64,000 bases of DNA, from the NCBI RefSeq assembly GCF_009914755.1, contig NC_060935.1. The stretch is one strand, 5' to 3'. The position numbers and the translations under genes were made by a program. The notes beneath the pieces are model-generated. The model saw nothing but the letters and a program-made list of their open reading frames with translations, was not told the DNA's origin and ran no database searches. Positions 29,118 to 40,988 of this stretch are shown here, piece by piece (position 1 is the stretch's first letter; every line of letters starts with the position of its first letter). This DNA comes from the human T2T-CHM13v2.0 reference genome, Homo sapiens.

Positions 29118-29569
29118 GGTGCAGTGGCAAGATTTATTAAAGCGAAAGTGAAAGTAAAGCTTCCACGCGGTGGAAGGGGACCCAGAAGGGATGCTGTTTG
29201 TGGCTTGGCTGTCTTATGCTTATATCCCCTTATGACCCCTCCCCTTTCCTCTTTTTGTCCTATAGAATTAGCTTATTTTCTATCCACTTGTGGGTTGGCG
29301 GGCCTGATTGGTTTAAAACATCAGGCTGCAGTTAGAGCTTAAACTCCCTATATAATTGGTTGAAATTTCAATCCCTTAGCTTGCAGCTTTGACTCATTTT
29401 GGCTTAGGGGAAAGTCCCCTTTGATTGGTTGAAGTTTTAATTCCTTTGCTTGCAGCTATGATTTATTTTGGCTCTTGCAGCTATGATTTATTTTGGCTTA
29501 GGTAACGTCCCCTTAGGGAAGTCCCTATTGACTCAAGGAGTCCAGCCAACTTAGCCACTTAGTCCCTCA
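29118..29569 (-). promoter_or_regulatory. 3' LTR U3-R of the ERV, with repeated CCAAT-containing units, a TATA-like box and a polyA signal
   Basis: Polypurine tract GTTGAGAGGGGAC then TGAGGGACTAAG; CAACCAAT repeats within 29356-29520; GATATAAG near 29219-29226; AATAAA. Confidence 0.8.
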
Positions 29570-29619
29570 GTCCCCTCTCAACAGGAAAGCCCAAGTGCTG
29601 TTTGGAAGTTGGGCGACGA

Positions 29620-30282
29620 TCGTTCTAGCTACTTCCTGCTGAACTGCGGGGTAGAAGGGGCTCCGCAGTTGAGGTTTCCTCGGGAGGGGAGTCTTCAGTG
29701 TCGTAGTGCAAGAATGGGTTGGCGGGTCAGTCTAGGGGTCCTCGATGGTAGGTGCTAGTGGTGATCATTTGGGGCTCCATTTGTCTAACCATTTTCAGTT
29801 TCATGGATTCTATTCTGGAAGAGACAAATTTTACAAGGAGGTTAAAAATGCAGGGTCCAAAGATAAGCAACATCACAATAGCCATCAAGGGTCCCAAGAA
29901 GGGGAGAAGCCAAGGCATCCATTGGTTGACAATACTCCAAGGTCCTGTGTCTTGGAGCGCTTATGCCCGGCACTGTATCCAATCTTGAAGCTCTTTAACC
30001 TTCTCGTTGACAATTCCAGATTGATTAACGAAATAACAGCACTCTTCTAGAAAAAGACAGGTTCCATCTCTTTTGGCTGTTAATAAATCTAAGGCTGTCT
30101 GATTTTGAAGGGCTACTGCTGCTAAAGAGTTAAGCTGGTTTGTAAAGTGACCAAGCAAATCTGCGACTCATTTCATGTCATCATTTAACTCTTGTGATAA
30201 TTTGTAATAGGATTGGGTGGAGGTGGTAATGCCTCCAATGCCGATTCCTAGTCCTCCTAGTATCCCAACCCCAATAATGAGT
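29620..30282 (-). pseudogene. env: ERV env transmembrane subunit remnant (HERV-W/syncytin-like)
   Basis: Fusion peptide GILGGLGIGIGGITTSTQ, immunosuppressive-domain-like LQNQTALDLLTAKRDGTCLFLEECC, TM MPWLLPFLGPL..FGPCIFNLLV; in-frame stops. Confidence 0.92.
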
Positions 30283-31090
30283 GGCAGGACAGTACAGGTA
30301 AGCTGAAATGCTGGGTTTCACGGATCTTTAAAGGCAAATAAAAATTGAGAGTCAGAATGCAGAGGGATGAAGAAGAAAGTGTACTTAAGATCTAGGACTG
30401 TAAGCCATTCTGCTTCCTCTGGTATCTGGGAGAGTAGAGTCTAAGGATTAGGTACAACTGGATACAGAGGAACAACTGCCTCATTGATAATTCTGAGGTC
30501 TTAAACTAACCTCCATTGTCCGCTGGAGTTTTGTATGCCTAGAATGGGAGCGTTGCATGGACTGTTGGATGGCTTTACTTATCCCTGTGTTTTTAGGTCT
30601 TTAACAATCTTTTGTAACCCTTGTTGGGCTTCTGGTCTGAGGGAGTACTGCCTTTGAAAGGAAAGGAGGTAGGATCCTTTAATTTAACTTGAACTCGACA
30701 AGCGTGTTTTGCTCATTGGTATTGTCCTTCCTCTGCCCAGACTTCAGGATTAATTCCTTCCTCCAGTAGAGGGCAGCAAACGGGTATTCCTTCTCCTATA
30801 TTCAAGTATATAATGGCCCCTGCTTTAGCTAATATGTCCTTCCCTAGTAAAGGAGTAGGGCTCTCAGGCATAATAAGAAAGGCATGTGAGAAAAATAAGG
30901 TTCCCCAGTCACAATTTAGAGGGTGTGAGAAATACCTAGTGACTGGCTGTCCTAGGACCCCTTTGATGGTGACAGACCTGGAGGATAGTTGTCTGGGACG
31001 AAAGAGTAAAACTGAGAAGGCCGCGCCAGTGTCCAGGAGGAAGTTAGTTTCCTGGCCCTCAATGGTTAAGCTTATCTGGGGCTCTGTGAG
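30283..31090 (-). pseudogene. pol: ERV pro and N-terminal RT remnant
   Basis: Protease motif LLDTGA (~31021-31040); RT motifs DLRIINEAV, WLTVLDLK, FAFKDP..QLTCTVLP; stops present. Confidence 0.9.
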
Positions 31091-32058
31091 GGTGATGGCA
31101 TGCTCTGGCGCCTGCCGCAGGCACCCTCAGTCCTGTTGTTGGACCATCTTGTTAGTGGCCTCTGGCCCAGAGGACCTTCTCCCTCAGGGGCAGTGTGCCG
31201 TCCAGTGATCCCCCTGGCACAAGGGACATGGATGAGGGAGCGGCTTATTTTTGCTTGGGCAGTCCTTTTTGAAGTGCCCCTGTAAGCCGCACTGATAACA
31301 AGCCCTGTTAGGTGGGTTGCCTGCCCAGCCCTTCTTTCTTTCAGAGCCACCCAAGTTCGTCTGCCTGAGGGCAATGATGACTAAGGCAGCGGCCTTTTTC
31401 TTGTCTCATCTGTCTCGTTCAGCCTGCTCCTCCTGATCCCTATTATAAAACACTGAAGTTGCCAAATTCAATAGAGTTTCCAAATTTTGCTGGGGGCCCA
31501 GGGCAGACTTTTGAAGTTTTTTTCTTATGTCTGCAGCTGACTGAGTGATAAACTTATCCTTTAAAATTAGTTGGCCTTCAATAGAGTCAGGTGACAAAAG
31601 GTATGCTTTCTTAATGCCTCCCTTAACCTCTCTAAAAATGCCGTAGGGTTTTCTTCCTTTCCCTGCATATGGTGGACATCATTGAGTAATTCATCGGCTT
31701 TTTTCTGGTCTTTCTTAATCCCTCTAGTATACAAGTCAGTAAATGCCTGTGACTCCAGTGTCCATGCTCCGAATCGAGGTCCCAATGGGGATCCACACTG
31801 GGAACTGCCTGTTGGCCTGTGGGGAATTGTTCCCTTTCTTCTGATGTCATTTTATCATTTACCTGGCTTAGATACCAGAGATCCCCAAACTCCTGGGCTG
31901 CAGCTAAGGTGGTCTCTTTTTCGTTAGGAGTTAATGTTTGACCTAACAACAACATAATCTCTCTGGATGCTAAATCAAAAGATTGTCCTAATTCTTGTAA
32001 GACGTCTATGTATCCATCAGGATTATCTGAGAATTTTCCTAGGTCCAGTTTGATCTGT
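31091..32058 (-). pseudogene. gag: ERV gag capsid/nucleocapsid remnant
   Basis: GQTLTPNEKE..AAQEFGDLWYLSQVND, QGKEENPTAFLERLREALRKHT, GQLILKDKFITQSAADIRKKLQK, CCHC knuckle near 31195-31230; frameshifted. Confidence 0.92.
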
Positions 32059-32313
32059 TTTCACCATTTTACACTTTTATATAACCCTACCCATTATTAC
32101 TTTATAATTTGAATTTCTTCTATTCTCTAAGTCATAAAAATAAATTTCTGATTAATTACAGTTAGAAAAAGTATTCTATTTAATTTTTTGTAATATGATT
32201 TGTAACTCTCTGATACACATGCACAAAATGTTTAAAAATCCCTCACCTGTGTGGAATGTGAGGGTCTAAGTTAAGAACTGAGTGCTAAGAACCTTTTTAC
32301 TCTTTTTCTGAGT

Positions 32314-32650
32314 CAGTGGTTCTCAATGAGTGATCCCAGATCAGCGGTATCTAGGAACTTGTTAGAAATATAAATTCTCAGGCCCCTGTTCCACTCCTTC
32401 TGAATCAGAAACTCTGGAGAGTGGGGCCGAGTAATCGATGTTTTTTGCTTTGTTTTGTTTTTCTTTTTTGTAGAGACAGGGATTTGTCATGTTGCCCAGG
32501 CTGGTCTCAAACTCCTGGGCTCAAGCCATCCTTCCACCTTGGCCCCTCAAAGTGCTGAGATTACAGGCGTGAGTCACCGGCTCAGCCAGTCATCGATGTT
32601 TTTAGAAGCCCTCCAGGTGATTCTGATGCATGCTAAAGTTTGCATACCTG
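32314..32650. mobile_element. MER5A-like hAT relic interrupted by an Alu arm
   Basis: CAGTGGTTCTCAA...GAACTTGTTAGAAAT..AAATTCTCAGGCCCC...CTGAATCAGAAACTCTGG...GCCCTCCAGGTGATTCTGATGCATGCTAAAGTTTG. Confidence 0.85.
32441..32587 (-). mobile_element. Alu monomer (FLAM/AluJ left arm)
   Basis: TSD AGT(A/C)ATCGATGTTTTT. Confidence 0.92.
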
Positions 32651-33102
32651 GGTACGAACTCAACAGCCTCGATTACACTCACTTCTAACTTTTAATTAAT
32701 TGGTAGTAGACATCATCTGCCTTTGCTAGGCGGTCCCCTTAGGGCCCACAGAGCATCATTTATTCCGTTTATCAAAATGCGTAAAGACAATGTCCCTCCA
32801 TCCCCACCCCTTATCAGTGTAGCCAATTATAATATATGCCCATGCCTGCAATTTACAGTCTTGCTTGTAGCTACCCTCCACTGGAAACCCCACTACTACT
32901 TCATACTTGTTAAAGTTTGCATGAAGATATTCTTCCGGTTACCCTCCTGGGTTATTAGCTTTAAGATAACATGTGTATTTTTATTTTTGCTTATAGGGAA
33001 TTTCTCAGCTATGCTTTCTGATTATTTCTTACTCTCTTGCGTCTATCCCTAGTGGCTTCTCGCTGATCTTTTTTCTTCTCCCAAGGTCAGTTTTGAAACA
33101 CC

Positions 33103-33395
<293 letters not shown>

Positions 33396-34308
33396 TGAAA
33401 CACCTTTCAATACTAAATCTGAGATTAGCAAAAGGCAACACTCTTCAAATATTAAACTTTATCAGGAAAATTTCAGAAATTTTCAGGAATATAAATAGAA
33501 AATGTCAATGTTGCTAACTAGGAATGCCTTTAGCTATACAGGAGAACTTGCAAAGATCAGGATGTTTTTAGGGTCACAGGAAGTAGTCCAGGTTATGGTT
33601 TTACCTCTAGATAGCCACAAAGTAGATTTTATCAGTTTGTCCACAGTTCATCAGGCCCCTGAAAACCCAACCAATAATGCTGAGCTTCAAACACACCAAC
33701 GCTATTTGGGACAATCTTCTGTGACCCTCCTTTCTTTGATCCCTTTCACATCTACTCCCATCTATGGAGGCTCACTTTGTCAGTAATAGCATTCCTGCTA
33801 TTCCTGGTCTAAATAGATGCCACTCACCAGAACTCAACTGGCCTTTGTAATATGAAATGGATGCAATGAAATAGCAATTATATTCCTGTCAGGCCCTGCA
33901 CCAGCTCCATCACCTTATGTATGGAGAGGACTTTACCAGAAGAGTGATCCTGAGAACCAGGAGCTACCTTTAGAATGCCCCACAATGCATCACAAATATT
34001 GACTGGGAGAGCACAAGGGTGTCTCAAACCCACCTTATGGAGCAGAAAACTGCCTTAAAAGCAAAAGCACCTATCTGTAGGTGGGACAAGCACGTTCATA
34101 TTCCATGCCTCTAGCAACCAATGAAGTTAAGCTGTAGACATCTCAATGCCTTTTGCAGCCAGGCTCCAGGCCTCTTAACACCTTTTCCCAACTTTCTGCT
34201 ACTCTAATCCTCTCAAAGCCAATGACTTTCCCGTTGTAGACCTCCTCAAGTAGAATCCCACTTGCCCATGTTCCCTTTGTATGCAACCCACACAAGGAGC
34301 CTCTGGTG

Positions 34309-34650
<342 letters not shown>

Positions 34651-35583
34651 TTACCACACACCTCAGTCTAGAGCCATAGCTCCATGGAAGCATTGAAAGA
34701 TGTAGGTGTTCTATAGAGGCTGCACTTGAAAAACAGGGCACACTGGGGCAAGTCAACTCTGGGAAAATAGCCACCTTAGTAAATAATTCGCAGAAGTGAG
34801 GACAGAGCCATTGCAAAGACACGCTCTGCTCCTTGGATCATCTGTGGAGGCTTCAGGATAATCTTAACTCCCAAAACATTTTAAGATAATTTAGAACAAT
34901 TTCTTAGCCTCCTCCTCATATAGCTATAAATTATCAATATTTGTATGGGAGGGATGAAGAAATGCATTATTTCATGTTTGAGATGTGGCAAGCCCCTGTC
35001 TATGGATTGCATAGAACTTCTGAATTTCACCTGGTCTGAGGGTCCCACAGAGAACTTAATTAACTTGTCACTCAGCAGCTCACTCAGGGATGGGTCCAGG
35101 TAACTAGAGCCACCAGAGTGGGGCTGCTGTCCCAGCTACCATCTTGGAAAGTACCACCAGTCTGATTCAGATACAAGTGGATTCTGAGAGTTCTTGGGGA
35201 TGAAGTTCACAACCCTGAACATATCAGCACCCATCTAATTAGCACTACAAGCCGGCCATCTCAGGCCTTCCCAGCAAAGTTAGAGATGTAGGCATTCACA
35301 TGATGTTTTCTATATACCACAGAATGCCATCATATTAACTTATAGTAGTGGCTATACTTTTCTGGTGGCTGAAAGTGACTTATTTCCAGGAAACCTATGT
35401 ATTGTATTGAGTATTTGGACATCCAGATCAGTAGTCAAAAGGCTGCTTTGTGGGCAAATAATCAGAGTTTACAGCTTAGATAGTCTTCAAGGATTTCATT
35501 TATCCTGTGAAAGCCTACTGAAGCCATCCCTACTATGTAGAAAAAAGAATGAGGAGAATGTTTGTGCTCACTAAATGTAGTGT

Positions 35584-35612
35584 TTCTCTCTCTCTCTCTC
35601 CCTCTCTCTCTT
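35584..35612. repeat. (CT)n microsatellite
   Basis: Direct reading. Confidence 0.85.
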
Positions 35613-36544
35613 TCCCCCTGTACACCCCCATCTTTGGAATGTATTGGATTGGATAAATACTAACACATTGTTACTATTCATTTGCCTTTCCTATATGGTA
35701 GAATAATTCCAATAATAATGAAATATTAATTGATTGAAATTAATAATGCTTATGTTATTAATGGTTTCATTCCATTTATATTAATTTATTCATTCTTGTA
35801 GCAAGTATTAATGAACTTTTTCTATGTGTCAGGTACTATTCTAGGCACTGGGGATATGGTATGGAAAAAGTAAGAAAGATTTCTGCACCCTTGAGGGCTT
35901 ACAACCTGTCTCCTATATTTTCCAGAATGCACGCTGTTCACTTTAATTGAATCTGGGTTTTTGCCAGCACATCACAGAATGAGGTTAGATATCATTCTTT
36001 GAGAATGACTATCCTGGGTTTGAGATCATCTATATATGGACCATGACCATGAAAATGAAATATAGCTTATTTTGGCAATGACCACTATTATCTCGCATTA
36101 ATACAGCATTTTCTACTTAAAGAAACATTTCGCTTTGGCAGCAAACAGCAATCAATAAACAAGAGATTATCAGTAACATATAGGCAAATGTGGCAGAATT
36201 CATATCAGGCTAGGTTTTGTTTTTGTTTTTGTTTTTCAGTGACACGTAAGAAGCACAGCACTTAAATGTAAGGGAATACTGGATTTTTAAATGTGATCCG
36301 ATGGCATTTGGAAATTCTTCCCTGAAAATACATATTCTTGAAATAAACGTACACCTCCCATTGTATATGCATTTTATGAGCATGAATAAAAAGAAAATAA
36401 TGATTCCATAATTTCATGCAAGACCCAGAATTTTTCTTCACTGTAAACAAGATGTGCACGTTAAACAAGCAGTACATGTTACCTGAGCACTATTCTGTTA
36501 ACACGTGCGCTGTCTTTGTAATAATATCATATCTGCATCAGGAT

Positions 36545-37065
36545 TGTGACTGATGCTGTTGGCTCCCTTCCCAACAACATTCCTTGCATCATTCCTTGCA
36601 AGCAGAATCTTATTTTCTTTGAGTGGTTTAAGGAGAAAGACCTCCTTCTGAACCCAGAAGATGAATCATGATTAGTCTATGACCTCATCTTCCTTGCCAG
36701 TGATTGGCAGGCATAAATATTTGATGTATTCTGGCCAATGAGGGATGAGGAGGAATCCTCCTGGGGGCTTATGGGAAGGGTTTTTTCACTCATAAAAAGA
36801 GACAAAGAGAAAGCAACTTTTTTCCTGCCTTTGAATATTATGGATTGAGGATGGGATGCTTGAAGTTGCTGTCTTGCAACTGTGAGGGGACAGACCTGAC
36901 CTGAGAACAAAATCTAAAACCATACAGATGGTTTTAGATTTATAATAATAAAATAAGTTCATATTATTATATTGTGTGTGATATATATTATATTTATATA
37001 ATAAATATTTATATAATAAAATTATATTACATATTTACATAATAAAACCCTTATAATTTAAGCCA
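36545..37065 (+). mobile_element. Old MLT1-type LTR relic, interrupted at ~36910-37040 by a palindrome and AT-rich filler
   Basis: TGATGCTGTTGGCTCCC...TTCTGGCCAATGAG...TGGGAAGGGTTTTTTCACTCATAAAAAGAGAC...TTTAAGCCA. Confidence 0.6.
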
Positions 37066-37605
37066 GTGATCTCCAAAATGGAAGAAAGAAAACAATAGAA
37101 AATCAATTTCTTTCTATGTGTTAACACCTCATTTTTTAAAAGCATATTTAAAATACAAATTGAAATCAGTAGCTCCACTTCGTCTATTATTTGTCAGAAA
37201 GCTGTGTCTCCAGACAGAGCCAGGAGACAGGAGTGGGAGTTTCATAAGCATAATGCGACTTTTGACGTATTATAATTTACCTATGCCCAATTAAGTGGAC
37301 TCAAAGATTATATTTTCTTAAATAATATAATTTTCAAAATTTAGACAGAGTATTTTTTAAAGGATGTTTGGAAATGTTTTCATTACTATGTATTTTGTTG
37401 CTAAAAGTATGTCATTGTGTCATCATGCGTAAGACCACAAATTTATCCGACTTTTCAAAAATCTTTCTAACAGAGTATTTCAGTGAGTTTTGAGCAAATT
37501 TATTAAAAATAAAAGCTAACCTTCCAATAATAATTTTCAAGATCAATGTTTTTCATTTGGGGAGTTGGTAATGTACTGACCAGTTTCACAATTTGGGGAT
37601 GGGAC

Positions 37606-38172
<567 letters not shown>

Positions 38173-38653
38173 TTTATGTGTTTTTATTACCATTTGGTAA
38201 AATACCATTCTTAAGAAATGACAGCCAGTTATGAACTTCTTTCATTTAGATCTATGAACATTTGCAAAGGATTTTTTCTATTCTGACAGCCACCAAAACC
38301 TAGTACAAAAACAAATTTAGACTCTCAGATGTTTAATTTTGAAATATTTTTCAAGTTTCAAAAATAATAAAGCAGAGTACCCCCGCTAAAAATGTCAGTA
38401 ATAAGTATAAAACCTGGAACTGTTTCTAAAGTTTATTTATATTTATTATATTGTTAAAATTGTATTTTTATATACATTTATAAAATGTATAAAATTGTAT
38501 TTTTATGTATGTTTATAAAATGTACATAACATTGATACAGGTAATGTGTATACTTTATATATAAATGAATACATACTTTTATATAAATTGTTGAGTGCAT
38601 TCTCAAACAATTTTTCTTTTACTGTTAGGTGTGCACAATCAAGAAAACATATA

Positions 38654-38941
38654 GGCCAGCCACAGTGGTGCCCAGCATTTTGAAAGACCAAGTGGGAGGA
38701 TCACTTGAGGCCAGGAATTCAAAATCAGCCCTGGCAACATAGCAAGAACCCATCTCTACGAAACCATTTAAAAATAGCTGGGTATGGTGATGTGGGCCTG
38801 TAGTTCCAGCTATTGGGGAGACTGAGGTGGGAGGATCCCTTGAGCCCAGGAGTTCGAGGTTGCCGTAATCTATGATCGTATCACTGCACACTCCAGCCTG
38901 GGGGACAGAGGGAGTCCCTGTCTTGAAAAACAAACAAAAAA
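38654..38941 (+). mobile_element. Alu (AluJ-like)
   Basis: GGAGGATCCCTTGAGCCCAGGAGTTCGAGG; dimer. Confidence 0.93.
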
Positions 38942-39728
38942 CCACACATATATTTTAACTGAGTTTTCTATTACTTGTAGCCAAAATATCCTTCTTTAGT
39001 GCTTTACTTAGAAATGGCTTTCACATACACTTTTAAAAAATAATAGACTGTTTTTGATAATAGTTTTAGGTTTATAGGAAATTGAACAGAAAATATAGTT
39101 TCCATATACACTTCCCACCCAACCCCCATTTTCCTTTATTATTAATGTTTTGCATTAGTGTGGCACATTTGTTACAACTGATGAACCAGTATGAACTAAA
39201 ACCTGAAATTTATTAGAATTAGAATTTACTCTTGTACATTCACGGGTTTTGACAAATGTGTCCACCCACCCTTACAGTACATCCTTACAGCACAGTTTCA
39301 CTGCCTAAAAATCCTCTCTGCTCCATCTACTCATTTTACCCTCCCTTCAACCCCTGGCCATCACTAATCTTTTTGCTGTCTCCGTAGTTTTGCGTCTTCC
39401 AGAATGTCATATAGTTGGAATCATACAGTATGTAGCACTATAAGACTGTTCACTTAGCAATATGCATTGAAGTTTCTCCACGTCTTTTCATGGCTTGATA
39501 GTTCATTTCTTTTTATCATTGAACAATATTCCATTTATTCATTCACCTATTGAAAGACATCTTGGTTACTTCCAAGTTTTGGCAATTATTAATAAAGCTG
39601 CTATAAACATTTGTAAGCAGGTTTGTGTTTTCAACTCATTTGGGTTGAAATATTTTCTCTCAGTTTGAGGCTCATCTGTCATTCTCTTAACAGTGTCTTT
39701 CACAGAGCAAAACTTTTTAAGTTGAATG

Positions 39729-40137
39729 TGTTGGGAAAAAGCTGAATGTTGGGAGGGAAACTGAGGCAGGGCCTGCCTAATGTCCTCTGGAATGTGTCTA
39801 GACTTGCTGGCTCCTTGCTTCTAGCCCTCCTAGGCTCCTAGTCTCCTATTCCCATTATCTCAAGTAGCAGAACATGTTCCATATAAATGTTGAACCATCA
39901 CAGCTGTAAATCATGTGCTTAATGCAATGTGCCCTTTTGACCTCCAAATTCTCACCACCTGTTTCTTTCTTGGATTACCAATAAATAGCGTGGGCTCCCA
40001 GAGCTTGGGGCCTTCGCAGCCTCTGTAAACTAGATGGTGTCCCACCTGTCTCTCTCGAACTGTCTTTTTCTCCATCCTTTGGCTCCGCCGGACTTTGTCA
40101 CCCCCACGACCTGGTGTTGGGTCTGATCACCCCAACA
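39729..40137 (+). mobile_element. Betaretrovirus-like solo LTR (LTR3/HML-6-like)
   Basis: TGTTGGG...CCCCAACA inverted termini, TATAAA and AATAAA, 5-bp TSD GAATG on both sides. Confidence 0.85.
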
Positions 40138-40674
40138 GAATGAAGTTTCTCTTGCCAATATTTTCCTTCATTGATCATCCTTTGGTGTTGTATCTAAAAA
40201 GTCATCCCCAAAGCAGAGATCATCTAGATTTTACCTGTGATATCTCCTAGGGGTCTTATAGTTTTATATTTTACAGGTAAGCCTATGATCCATTTTGAGT
40301 CAATTTTTGTGAAAGATATAAGGCCTATGTCAGGATTCATATTTTTACATGTTGATGTACATGTGTTCCAGCACTATTTGTTAAGAAACAACTATCCTTT
40401 CTCCATTGAATTGCCTTTGCTCCTTTGCCAAAGATCAGTTAACTGTATTTGTATGGGTTTATTTCTGACCTCTCTCTTGTGTTCTATTGATCTATTTGCC
40501 TCTTCTTTTGCCAATACCACACTGTCTTGATAACTGTAGTTTTATAGTATGTCTTGAAGCTGGGTACTTTCAGTCCTCCAAGTTTGTTTCTCAATATTGT
40601 ATTGGCTATTCTGTGAGGGTTTTGTTGTTGTTGTTGTTGTTTGTTTTGCCTTCCCCTATAAACTTTAATTGTCA

Positions 40675-40988
<314 letters not shown>

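Larger units (their letters stand above)
29087..32058 (-). mobile_element. L1-retrotransposed (processed) HERV-W/HERV9-group ERV: partial gag, pro, 5' RT fused to env TM, U3-R, poly(A)
   Basis: A-rich tail 29087-29117 starting ~15 nt after AATAAA (29133-29138, minus strand); no U5; TSD TTTCACCAT(C/T)TTAC at 29073-29086 and 32059-32072; 5' truncated within gag. Confidence 0.93.

Noticed and set aside
29620-30282. Functional syncytin-like env gene (ERVW-1)
   Set aside because: SU and signal peptide are absent, in-frame stops are present, and the tail lacks the syncytin-1-specific deletion
38440-38600. AT-rich quasi-repeats as a special element
   Set aside because: Low-complexity slippage within a decayed transposon; not distinguishable from background
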